Shown one piece after another: positions 18,654 to 27,684 of a DNA stretch of 64,000 bases. The notes under the pieces are model-generated. The model was not told the origin of the DNA. It made no database searches and saw only the letters and a program-made list of their open reading frames with translations. Origin of the DNA: Eubacterium sp. Lineage in GTDB: Bacteria > Bacillota > Clostridia > Lachnospirales > Lachnospiraceae. The stretch is taken from NCBI GenBank assembly GCA_017420535.1, contig JAFOIV010000068.1, forward strand, positions 7,541-71,540. Reading direction: 5' to 3'. Numbering within the stretch: the first letter of the stretch is position 1; every line of letters begins with the position of its first letter. A program made the position numbers and the translations under genes.

Positions 18654-19919
18654 ATGTTTAATAAGAATTTAAGAAAAAAGCTTGGAATACTTTGCGTTTC
18701 GCTTGCTATGACAGGACTTTATGCTTGTGGCAAAACGGGCGATTCTAAGAGCAAAGAAGAGGCAACTGTAAAAACTGTAACAGAAGCTACATCTACAGAA
18801 GCTAAATCAGAAGAGGAAAACACAACAGAAGAAGAGTCAGGCATCACACAGGAAAAGTATGATTCAATGACTGAGGACGAACTACTTGAAGCCCTTGGTA
18901 TTACTGATCTTGAAAATGTAACTGAAGAGCAGTATCTTGCGCTGGTTCAGACTCTTAAATTTGTTCCTATTGTTGATGATGACAGAATTGATTCTTTATA
19001 TATCGACAATAATATTACAAAGAAGGCAATTTCTAAGGTAAAAAAGGGACTTCCATCTGTTGATACCATAATTGAAAAGATCATTAAGGATGAAGCTCCA
19101 CAGGTAAGAGGTTATGCATATCAGAGCATGTTCTCTTTCTTTGGTGTTAAAGATAAGAGTGTTGCTCTTGCAAAAGAAAATCTTGAAACAGAGACAAATG
19201 ATTATGTTCTTAAAGCAGCTGTAGATGCTCTTTCAAATGAAATGGCAAAAGATCCTTTTGTTGCAGAATTCATTTTCAAGATGTCAAAACATGAAAATCC
19301 AAAGATCAGATACAAAGCTGCAATGGCAATTGGTAATTCTTGGTCAATCGGAGTGGATGGTACTGTAGACAGAATCATCGAAATGATGGACGATGAAAAT
19401 CAGGATGTAAGAAAGATGGCTTGTTATGAAGCTGGTAAGCTTAATGACGAGAAGGTAATTGACAGATTAGTTGAAATCTTAAATGATCCTAACGAGAAAG
19501 CTGATCTTAAAGGTAAATGTATCAACGGACTTGCAACTTTATGGTATGATTATCCATTCCATAAGAATACAAGTGAAAGAGCATATAGAGAAACAATCAA
19601 TTATTGGTCCAAAACTCCAAGAGATAATGATAATCCAGAGTGGTCATCAATTCTTGTCCTTAATAATAAATCAGAGACAAGCTATCCTGAATGGAGAGAG
19701 AAAGCAACATATTTTAGCGAAGATGAGATTTATAATGTTTTTGTAGATGTTATTAAAGATGAAAATGCTAACTGGCTTGCAAGACAGGGAGTTATAAAGG
19801 CTATACATACTCATTGTTCAGCTGAAAAGTTCGCTGAGCTTAAAGATGTAGTCTATGGTCTTACAGACGGCAAGGCTGAAATGATCCAGAAAGAATACGA
19901 TAACGAAGCTTCAAAATAA
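18654..19919 (+). CDS. lipoprotein with HEAT/armadillo-like repeats
   Basis: Lipobox LYAC after a signal peptide, an acidic Thr/Glu-rich linker, then repeated motifs of the form NPKIRYKAAMAIG and DENQDVRKMACYEAGKL. Confidence 0.65.
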   Translation: MFNKNLRKKLGILCVSLAMTGLYACGKTGDSKSKEEATVKTVTEATSTEAKSEEENTTEEESGITQEKYDSMTEDELLEALGITDLENVTEEQYLALVQTLKFVPIVDDDRIDSLYIDNNITKKAISKVKKGLPSVDTIIEKIIKDEAPQVRGYAYQSMFSFFGVKDKSVALAKENLETETNDYVLKAAVDALSNEMAKDPFVAEFIFKMSKHENPKIRYKAAMAIGNSWSIGVDGTVDRIIEMMDDENQDVRKMACYEAGKLNDEKVIDRLVEILNDPNEKADLKGKCINGLATLWYDYPFHKNTSERAYRETINYWSKTPRDNDNPEWSSILVLNNKSETSYPEWREKATYFSEDEIYNVFVDVIKDENANWLARQGVIKAIHTHCSAEKFAELKDVVYGLTDGKAEMIQKEYDNEASK

Positions 19920-19956
19920 TTGATCTATAAAGATAATAAAGGTAATAAAGAAAATA

Positions 19957-19990
19957 AAGGACTTATGGCTGGCCATAAGTCCTTGTTTTT
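19957..19990. terminator. bidirectional terminator between convergent genes
   Basis: Stem aaggacttatgg / ccataagtcctt with loop ctgg. A-rich on the left and T-rich on the right. Confidence 0.65.
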
Positions 19991-21008
19991 ATCTTTTTTT
20001 AGACATGATAAGTTTAGTTATCTTTTTACTGTATTCTTCAATGAATTCCTTATTACTAAGGAAGGTGTCATTTATCTCGATATAATTAGTTTTAGATTTA
20101 TATTCCTCTTTAAAGACAGGCATTCTGTCAAAATCAGCTGAGTAGATATAATAACCTTCATTTGTTTCGAATTCCCTGGAATCAGGATAATAATATCTAA
20201 GACTTCCTGTAAAAACGGGAATCCTTAATGTTAGTATATCCTTATCACTGGATAATAATATGCCCTGAAATGATGCATCTAAGGTTCTAGGAAGAGAAGT
20301 CTTAGATTTAAGATAAATATTTAGATAAAGGCAATTATTTTTTTCTTCCATGCTGATGTTTTGAAAATGAAAGAATCCTTGTTTAATAGCATCATAGGAA
20401 AGGATGGAAGTGAGAAAATACATTCCTTCCATATCATCTCTATTATGTCTTAATACTAATGATTTAGAGGTTTCGTCTTTGGTGGTAAGATAATCAAAGT
20501 AAACCTCGATCAGCTGGCCTCCATTATATTTATCTTCTCGAAAGATCCCTAAATATTTTTCGATGGTCTTTTGCTTTGCGTTAGGAAGACCCAGTATCAT
20601 CTTATAAGGTCTTATCATTTTATAAAGATCGATGGAAGTGATATTATCTAGTTCGTCTGAAAAATTATGTCCGGTCTTATTTCTGATATAATCCATTCGT
20701 CCCTTAATAAATGGTATATCGAACATATCCCCATTGAACTCCATAAGATATTTATAACCATGGATCATCTTTAGAAATGTATCTATTATTTCTTTTTCTG
20801 ATCTGCCATCATCATTAAATAACTGGGTGATATAATATTTGCCATCTTTATAATAATTTAATCCGATAAGATAAATAAATGAATTTCTGGATGAAAGTCC
20901 AGTGGTTTCGATATCAAACATTATTATTTCATTCTTATCGTAATAATCCTCCATGACGAAAAGAGGTTTTAAATCTTTTTCATTTAAAATTTCATCTATT
21001 ATCTTCAT
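19989..21008 (-). CDS. RNase H-fold (DEDD-type) exonuclease, YprB-like
   Basis: FDIETTGL exo motif I near the N-terminus, then later acidic motifs (FNGDMFD, HNRDD). This is the only protein-coding gene on the - strand. Confidence 0.65.
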   Translation of the reverse strand: MKIIDEILNEKDLKPLFVMEDYYDKNEIIMFDIETTGLSSRNSFIYLIGLNYYKDGKYYITQLFNDDGRSEKEIIDTFLKMIHGYKYLMEFNGDMFDIPFIKGRMDYIRNKTGHNFSDELDNITSIDLYKMIRPYKMILGLPNAKQKTIEKYLGIFREDKYNGGQLIEVYFDYLTTKDETSKSLVLRHNRDDMEGMYFLTSILSYDAIKQGFFHFQNISMEEKNNCLYLNIYLKSKTSLPRTLDASFQGILLSSDKDILTLRIPVFTGSLRYYYPDSREFETNEGYYIYSADFDRMPVFKEEYKSKTNYIEINDTFLSNKEFIEEYSKKITKLIMSKKR

Positions 21009-21144
21009 AAAAAGCTCCGCGGAAATTGAATGTTTTTTTATAAAAGTGCCATTTTCTTAAATTTAGTCATATATTATACACAATAATATCATATAATTTT
21101 TGTATAAAAAACTTAATTGTATAAATTTTCACGACTTTTTAGTG

Positions 21145-21172
21145 TTGAAAGTTTGGTTTTATATGATATAAT
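21145..21172 (+). promoter_or_regulatory. candidate sigma-A promoter with an extended -10 for the DivIVA-domain gene
   Basis: TTGAAA, 16-nt spacer ending in TGA, then TATAAT. Confidence 0.45.
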
Positions 21173-21210
21173 TTTTATTAGACAATAATGTTAAATGGAG
21201 GTCGTACGTC

Positions 21211-21771
21211 ATGATTGAACCAATGGATTTAAGAACACAAAGCTTTAAAAAAGGACTTTTTGGTTATAAGACTACAGATGTAGATACATACGTTGAAACA
21301 GCTTACAGAGCTTACGATGAAGCTTATAATGAAAACAGAAGACTTAAAGATGAAGTAGAAAGATTAAATAAAGTTATAGAAGAAAACAGAGTTAAGTTAT
21401 TTGATCTTGAAAATAAGGTTCAGAGACTTGAAAATGTTTCTACATATAAGTCAACTGCTGATACAAAGAAAGCTGAGACAGTGAAGCCACAGCCAGAGGC
21501 ACCAAAGATGCATACAGAAGCACCAAAGCCACAGCCTGAAACTGTAAAGCCACAGCCACAGCCAGAGGCACCAAAGCCACAGCCAGAGGCTCCTAAAGCA
21601 GAGGAGAAATCAGCTACATCTAAATTCTTCCAGCAGGCAGAAGCAAAGGAAACAGTTGCTATGGATGATGATGAAGTATTTGTTGGTGAGATTGAAGATA
21701 ACAGAAAGCCAGCAAAGGCTATGATCGGTGATGGAGAAGATAGATCAGGAGACGACTTCGAATTCTTATAA
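21211..21771 (+). CDS. DivIVA-domain protein with a proline-rich repeat tail
   Basis: N-terminus DLRTQSFKKGLFGYKTTDVDTYV plus a coiled coil, typical of the DivIVA domain. The C-terminal half contains PQPEAPK-type repeats. Confidence 0.8.
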   Translation: MIEPMDLRTQSFKKGLFGYKTTDVDTYVETAYRAYDEAYNENRRLKDEVERLNKVIEENRVKLFDLENKVQRLENVSTYKSTADTKKAETVKPQPEAPKMHTEAPKPQPETVKPQPQPEAPKPQPEAPKAEEKSATSKFFQQAEAKETVAMDDDEVFVGEIEDNRKPAKAMIGDGEDRSGDDFEFL

Positions 21772-21795
21772 ACCGAAAATAATTATTGAATCATT

Positions 21796-21825
21796 AAGAG
21801 TGCTGCACCTGTGGCACTCTTTTTT
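21796..21825 (+). terminator. rho-independent terminator
   Basis: Stem aagagtgc / gcactctt followed by TTTT. Confidence 0.5.
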
Positions 21826-21845
21826 AAGAGTGTGGAGGAATCATT

Positions 21846-22436
21846 TTGATTAGCTTTATTAGAGGTATACTTGACGAAGTGTCTGGTGAAGGTCTTATAA
21901 TTGATTTGAATGGTCTGGGCTTTCTTGTTAGAACTACAGAAAGAACCATTAAAGAGTGTTATTCCATGGAAGGTAAAGAAGTAAAGCTTTATACTTATTT
22001 TCATGTAAGAGAAGATGATAGAGCTTTATATGGTTTTAATACTAAAAAAGAGCTGAATATTTTTAAAATGCTTATAACCGTTAATGGTGTTGGGCCAAAG
22101 GGAGGGCTTTCTATTCTTAATACACTTCCTCCGGATGAACTTTATTCAGCTGTTCTTTTAAATGATTCAAAAGCAATCTCAAAAGCCAATGGAATAGGAG
22201 TAAAAACAGCTCAAAAGATAATCATTGAGCTGAAGGATAAAATGGCTAAAGAAGATGCTGACTTTTCAGATATATCTTCATTTTCAAATGATGATCATAT
22301 ATGTGATGAAGCAGCAGAGGCGCTTACTTCTTTAGGCTATTCTAATACTGCTGCCCTTAGAGCTATACAGAAAGTAAAAGATAAAGAAAATATGACAGTA
22401 GAACAGCTGCTTAAAGCTGCTCTTAAAAATATTTAA
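21846..22436 (+). CDS. ruvA: Holliday junction DNA helicase subunit RuvA
   Basis: MISFIRG... N-terminus, HhH motifs ([29 protein letters not shown]), and location immediately upstream of ruvB. TTG start with the RBS ggagg. Confidence 0.9.
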   Translation: MISFIRGILDEVSGEGLIIDLNGLGFLVRTTERTIKECYSMEGKEVKLYTYFHVREDDRALYGFNTKKELNIFKMLITVNGVGPKGGLSILNTLPPDELYSAVLLNDSKAISKANGIGVKTAQKIIIELKDKMAKEDADFSDISSFSNDDHICDEAAEALTSLGYSNTAALRAIQKVKDKENMTVEQLLKAALKNI

Positions 22437-22447
22437 TTGGAAAAAAT

Positions 22448-23452
22448 ATGGAAAAACGTATAATCACCACTAGTGTTACAACTGAAGATGAAGGCCTTGA
22501 AGCAGGCCTTAGACCAAAGAGTCTTAAGGAGTATATCGGACAGGATAAGGTAAAGAAAAATCTTTCTGTTTTTATCAAAGCTGCAAAAAAGAGAAAAGAA
22601 TGTCTTGACCATGTTTTGCTTTATGGTCCTCCAGGGCTGGGTAAAACCACTCTTGCAGGAATTATCGCAGAGGAGATGGGAGTTCAGTTAAAGGTAACTT
22701 CCGGACCTGCTATTGAAAAGCCAGGGGAGATTGCTGCGATACTTAATAATCTTTCTGAAAATGATGTGCTTTTTATTGATGAGATCCACAGATTAAATAA
22801 ACAGGTAGAAGAAGTTCTTTATCCTGCAATGGAAGATTTTGCTATTGATATAGTTATTGGAAAAGGTGAAAGTGCCAGATCCATAAGACTGGATCTGCCT
22901 CATTTTACTTTGGTCGGAGCCACCACCAGGGCAGGTATGTTATCAGCACCATTAAGAGATAGATTTGGTGTTGTAGATAAATTGGAACTTTATGATGTGA
23001 CAGATCTTATGCTTATCATTATGAGATCTTCAAAAGTATTAGGGGTTGATATTGATGAGGAAGGCGCTCTTGAACTAGCTAAAAGATCAAGAGGAACCCC
23101 ACGTCTTGCCAATAGACTTTTAAAGCGTGTCAGAGATTTTGCAGAGGTTGAACATCAGGGAAAAATTGATTATAATATAGCAAGAAATGCACTTGATCAG
23201 CTTGACGTGGACTCTGCAGGCCTTGATCAGACTGATCGGAATATCATAACGACTATTATTCATCAATTCAGTGGTGGTCCGGTGGGGCTTGATACCCTTG
23301 CCGCTGCAATTGGTGAAGATTCTGGAACTATTGAAGATGTCTATGAGCCATATCTTATCAAAAATGGCTTTATAAACAGAACGCCTAGGGGAAGAGTAGT
23401 TACAGAGAAATGCTATAGGCATTTCGGTCTTGATGAATTAATTGAGAGTTAA
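22448..23452 (+). CDS. ruvB: Holliday junction DNA helicase RuvB
   Basis: [12 protein letters not shown], Walker [10 protein letters not shown], Walker B LFIDEIH, sensor GATTRAG. Confidence 0.97.
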   Translation: MEKRIITTSVTTEDEGLEAGLRPKSLKEYIGQDKVKKNLSVFIKAAKKRKECLDHVLLYGPPGLGKTTLAGIIAEEMGVQLKVTSGPAIEKPGEIAAILNNLSENDVLFIDEIHRLNKQVEEVLYPAMEDFAIDIVIGKGESARSIRLDLPHFTLVGATTRAGMLSAPLRDRFGVVDKLELYDVTDLMLIIMRSSKVLGVDIDEEGALELAKRSRGTPRLANRLLKRVRDFAEVEHQGKIDYNIARNALDQLDVDSAGLDQTDRNIITTIIHQFSGGPVGLDTLAAAIGEDSGTIEDVYEPYLIKNGFINRTPRGRVVTEKCYRHFGLDELIES

Positions 23453-23467
23453 AAGGAGATATGGAAA

Positions 23468-23875
23468 ATGGCACAAAAGATCGATATTCCAGTCGTTATT
23501 AATGGAAAAGTTTATACTCTTAGTGGATATGAAGGAGAGGATTATCTCCAGAATGTAGCCAGCTATATTAATTCAAAGATTGCTGAATGTAAAACTTCGG
23601 AAGAATATAGAAGAATGAATACAGAATATCAGGGTATTCTTCTTGCTTTAAATATTGCTGATGATTACTTCAAAGCAAGAAATCTTGCTAATAAGGCTGC
23701 GCTTGATGATACAGAAAAAGAACAGCAGCTTTACGACTTAAGACATGAAGTTATTGAATCTCAGATCAAACATGAGGCCGCTCTTAAGCTTGTTGAAGAA
23801 TATAAAGAACAGATCAGCGCACTTCAGAGAAAGATAGTTCAGTTAGAAGCTGAAAAAGAAAGAAACAATGAATAA
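23468..23875 (+). CDS. zapA: cell division protein ZapA
   Basis: About 135 aa. The N-terminal V.INGK.Y.L pattern followed by a long coiled coil is typical of ZapA. Confidence 0.7.
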   Translation: MAQKIDIPVVINGKVYTLSGYEGEDYLQNVASYINSKIAECKTSEEYRRMNTEYQGILLALNIADDYFKARNLANKAALDDTEKEQQLYDLRHEVIESQIKHEAALKLVEEYKEQISALQRKIVQLEAEKERNNE

Positions 23876-26255
23876 TATTAAAAGACCTGAAATCCTTGCC
23901 CCATGTGGAAATGCAGCCTGTCTTTACGCGGCTATAAATGCTGGTGCAGATGCTGTTTATCTTGCGGGAAATGCCTTTGGTGCAAGGGCTTATGCCGGAA
24001 ATTTTAATAATGAAGAACTTGTACACGCCATAGAGATTGCACATCTGTATGGCGTTAAAGTTTATCTTACTATTAATACCCTTATTAAAAATAATGAGAT
24101 AAAGCATATTTTTAATTTTTTATTACCTCTCTATAAAGCAGGGTTAGATGCCGTGCTTGTTCAGGATTTTGGAATAGTTCGTGTTGTGCAGGAATTATTT
24201 CCGGATCTTCCTATACATTCTAGTACACAGATGAATATTACGTCTCATTATGGAGCTTGCCTTGCTAAAGAACTTAAATTTGAAAGAGTTGTAGCTGCAA
24301 GGGAAAACTCTCTTGATGAGCTTACATTGATGAAGCAAAAGTCTGGCCTTGAGGTGGAGACTTTTGTTCATGGTGCCATGTGTTTTTCTTATAGTGGCAG
24401 ATGTCTGCTTTCTTCAATGGCAGGAGACAGAAGTGGAAACAGGGGAAGATGTGCCCAGCCATGTAGAAAAATGTATGATGGGTCCTATAAAATTTCCATG
24501 AAAGATATGTGTGCCATAACGGATCTTCCTTCCTTAGTTGAAAAGGGAATGGATTCTCTTAAGATTGAAGGAAGAATGAAGAATGAATACTATGTGGCCT
24601 CAGCCGTAAGATGTTATAAAGAGATAGTGGATGACATTATAAATGGCTGTTATAAAAAAGAAAAAGCTGAAGAATATAAGAATCTCTTAGCGGATATTTT
24701 TAATCGCGGCGGTTTTTCTACAGGATATTTCTTTAAACATCATGGTAAAGATATGATAGATGAAAATATCTCAGGCAGAAGGGGCGTTAAAGCTCTTAAG
24801 ATAAAAGATGTTTTAAAGGGAAAGATACGTATTACTGCATTGACTGATATAAATGCTCATGATGACATTGCATTTTTAGATGATGATTATGAGGAGCCGG
24901 TTAAGCTTACTACCGGATCCTTTATAAGAAAGGGGCAGGAGGCAATCCTTAACTGTCCGGGAACTAAAAGGCTTAGAGCTGGAAATATAGGATACAGAGT
25001 AAGAAGTGAGAAGATTCTTAGTGACATTTATGAAAATATTATAAATGTAAATAAAAAAATCGATATTTCATATAAAGTTAGATTAGAAGCAGGAAAACCT
25101 CTTTATATCATGGCTAAAGCTAATGTTTTTGGAGAGGATATAAGCGCTGAAGTATCAGGAGATATTCTTGATAAGGCTGAGGCGAGAGCTGTAAGTGATG
25201 AGGATATAATATCAAAGCTTTCTAAACTAGGGGATACTCCATTTAACGCTGTTTCCTTTGAGATTGAAAATGATTCTTCCTGCTTTGTAAGAATGTCTTC
25301 TTTAAATCAGCTGAGAAGAGATTTGGCCACAATGCTTGAGAGAAATATCATAGATTTAAAGAAAAGATCCTATGATAAGTCTAAAGACAGTTGCTTAAAA
25401 GAAGAAGAGTTAGAAAGTTATAATCCTCCTTTAATTAATAATAAAGAATTATATATTACAATCAGTACTAAAGATCAGATGTCTTTACTTGTTGACTATG
25501 ATCTTTCTGATACAGATCATCATGTAAGGGTGATAATAGATGACACTTTATGCAGCGATGATATTGAGGAAGGATTTATATTAGATTTTATCTCTTCTTT
25601 AAGAGAAAAAAAAATAAGATCTTTTGTTGCAATGCCTTATATCTTAAGGGATGGAATGGATGATCTTTATATAAAGAAGATACTTAAAATTATAGATAAA
25701 GCTGATGGTGTATATATTAGGAATATAGATTCCTTTGCTTTATATAGGTCTTATGCAAGAGAAAATGACATAAGAAAAGATGTAATCCTTGCTTCTTCTT
25801 TATATTGCTATAATGATGAGGCATTTAAAGAATATTATGATCTTATAAGGGAATACTCAAATGAGATAATATATGAGCTTTCATATGAACTCTCCAGGGA
25901 TGAGACAGATAAGCTTTCACTGCCTTCAGGTACAAAGAGTTATATGACATTTTATGGCAGGATCCCGGTTATGGTTACAGCACAGATGCTTACCTATGAC
26001 AAAATGGATCTTACAGACGAACTAAGTAATCAGTTTGTATTTACTGGTAACAATCGCCTTGGCTATAATGTTTTATTTAATAAAGCACCTCTTTGTCTTA
26101 ACAGGTTTAGAGAGGATATTCCTGATAAAGGAATGATATTTACAACGGAATCAGTTGTGGATATGAAGAATATTTTAGATAACCTTAAAAATGATGAAGA
26201 TGTTCTAACTAAAGAAAGCATAACTACAGGACATTATAACAGAGCAGTTTTATAA
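23868..26255 (+). CDS. peptidase U32 family protein with a long C-terminal extension
   Basis: U32 signature ETFVHGAMCFSYSGRCLLSS and a Cys cluster GRCAQPC, in a 795-aa protein. Confidence 0.85.
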   Translation: MNNIKRPEILAPCGNAACLYAAINAGADAVYLAGNAFGARAYAGNFNNEELVHAIEIAHLYGVKVYLTINTLIKNNEIKHIFNFLLPLYKAGLDAVLVQDFGIVRVVQELFPDLPIHSSTQMNITSHYGACLAKELKFERVVAARENSLDELTLMKQKSGLEVETFVHGAMCFSYSGRCLLSSMAGDRSGNRGRCAQPCRKMYDGSYKISMKDMCAITDLPSLVEKGMDSLKIEGRMKNEYYVASAVRCYKEIVDDIINGCYKKEKAEEYKNLLADIFNRGGFSTGYFFKHHGKDMIDENISGRRGVKALKIKDVLKGKIRITALTDINAHDDIAFLDDDYEEPVKLTTGSFIRKGQEAILNCPGTKRLRAGNIGYRVRSEKILSDIYENIINVNKKIDISYKVRLEAGKPLYIMAKANVFGEDISAEVSGDILDKAEARAVSDEDIISKLSKLGDTPFNAVSFEIENDSSCFVRMSSLNQLRRDLATMLERNIIDLKKRSYDKSKDSCLKEEELESYNPPLINNKELYITISTKDQMSLLVDYDLSDTDHHVRVIIDDTLCSDDIEEGFILDFISSLREKKIRSFVAMPYILRDGMDDLYIKKILKIIDKADGVYIRNIDSFALYRSYARENDIRKDVILASSLYCYNDEAFKEYYDLIREYSNEIIYELSYELSRDETDKLSLPSGTKSYMTFYGRIPVMVTAQMLTYDKMDLTDELSNQFVFTGNNRLGYNVLFNKAPLCLNRFREDIPDKGMIFTTESVVDMKNILDNLKNDEDVLTKESITTGHYNRAVL

Positions 26256-26274
26256 CATGAATTAGAGGTTTAAA

Positions 26275-27684
26275 ATGAATCATATTATTGTTACAGTAGC
26301 AAAGTATTTAAATCTTCTTTTTGTGATTCTTTATACTTTAAAATGTTTTTCCTATTTTACTGCGAAGAATAAAAAGAAGAGAAACAGCAATTTGAATAAA
26401 CAGATATTTTATATATTTGCAATGCATTTTCTTTGTCATGTCTGTCTTTATATAAATACAGAGAAGACATATATAATCTATTATTATCTGATAGAAATAT
26501 CCATTGCCATATTTTATATTGTACTGTTTCATTTTGCCTATAAACATGCCTCAAGACTGATAACTAATAATGTTGTCTTTTTGATGCTTGTGGGTTATAC
26601 GATGCTTACAAGACTTAATACAAAACTTGCTGTAAAGCAGTTTATTCTTGCAACTGCAGCACTTTTTATCTGCAGCTTTATTCCATTTATAATGGGAAAA
26701 CTAAAAGAAATGTATAAGTGGGATAAGCAATATGCCATTGTAGGATTAGTGCTTCTTATTACAGTATTTGTCCCGGGACTTGGATATGAGGCCTGGGGTT
26801 CCAGAAACTGGATCCATATAGGAAGTCTTACTTTACAGCCTATGGAATTTGTAAAGATCATATTTATCCTTTTCGTTGCCAGTGCTTTGGTTAAGGCTGA
26901 AACTATGAAGGATATAATGATAAATGCAGGAATCGCAGTTTTATTTATGGGAGTACTTGCTATTGAAAAGGACTTTGGTGCTATAGCAATATTCTTTGTA
27001 ACCTATGTTTTAATGGTTTATCTTGCCACTGGACGTTCGATATTTATGTTTGGTGGATTTTCCCTTGCCATAATTGCAGTTATATTAGGATATGTATTGT
27101 TTAAGAATAGTCTGTTCGAACATATCATGGTAAGAGTAGAAGCCTGGAAGAATCCGTTTAAATTCTATGAAACAGGCGGATATCAGGTCTGCCAGTCTCT
27201 TTTTGCTATAGGTACAGGAGGTTTTGTTGGTTCAGGTCTTGGAAATGGTATGCCTACCACGATACCTGTTGCGGAAAGTGATTTCATCTATTCTGCAATA
27301 TGCGAAGAATTAGGTCTCATTTTTGGCCTTGCCCTTATACTTATTTATGTATCTCAGTTTATTGCGATAGTTAATATAGCTATGAAGTGTAAGAAACCAT
27401 TTAATAAATATGTTACCTTTGGAATCGCTATAACTTATATCATTCAGACCTTCCTTAATATTGGTGGTGTAATTAAATTCATACCTTCCACAGGTGTTAC
27501 ACTTCCTCTTATAAGTTATGGTGTAAGTAGTGTTTTCAGTACATTGATATTAATGAATATGGTTCAATATACATATATACTTGTTAGTAGAGAGGCAGAA
27601 GAAATTGAAAAAGAAAGAGAAGATATCGTTAAAAGAGCAGCAGAACCAGTCGGGGACATTGAATCAGGAACTGCTGGAGTTTGA
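26275..27684 (+). CDS. SEDS-family peptidoglycan polymerase (FtsW/RodA/SpoVE)
   Basis: Polytopic membrane protein with the conserved SEDS blocks LQPMEFVKI, PVAESDFIYSAICEELG and TGVTLPLISYG. Confidence 0.9.
   Translation: MNHIIVTVAKYLNLLFVILYTLKCFSYFTAKNKKKRNSNLNKQIFYIFAMHFLCHVCLYINTEKTYIIYYYLIEISIAIFYIVLFHFAYKHASRLITNNVVFLMLVGYTMLTRLNTKLAVKQFILATAALFICSFIPFIMGKLKEMYKWDKQYAIVGLVLLITVFVPGLGYEAWGSRNWIHIGSLTLQPMEFVKIIFILFVASALVKAETMKDIMINAGIAVLFMGVLAIEKDFGAIAIFFVTYVLMVYLATGRSIFMFGGFSLAIIAVILGYVLFKNSLFEHIMVRVEAWKNPFKFYETGGYQVCQSLFAIGTGGFVGSGLGNGMPTTIPVAESDFIYSAICEELGLIFGLALILIYVSQFIAIVNIAMKCKKPFNKYVTFGIAITYIIQTFLNIGGVIKFIPSTGVTLPLISYGVSSVFSTLILMNMVQYTYILVSREAEEIEKEREDIVKRAAEPVGDIESGTAGV

Noticed and set aside
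19920-20141. 73-aa + strand ORF after the HEAT lipoprotein gene.
   Set aside because: It spans the bidirectional terminator and overlaps the 3' end of the well-supported - strand exonuclease gene. It has no RBS and a low-complexity translation.
13971-21008. Possible genomic island integrated at the tmRNA gene, a classic integration hotspot.
   Set aside because: There is no integrase, recombinase or mobility gene. I found no direct repeat of the ssrA 3' end downstream. The downstream genes look like ordinary sensory and housekeeping genes with similar composition by eye.
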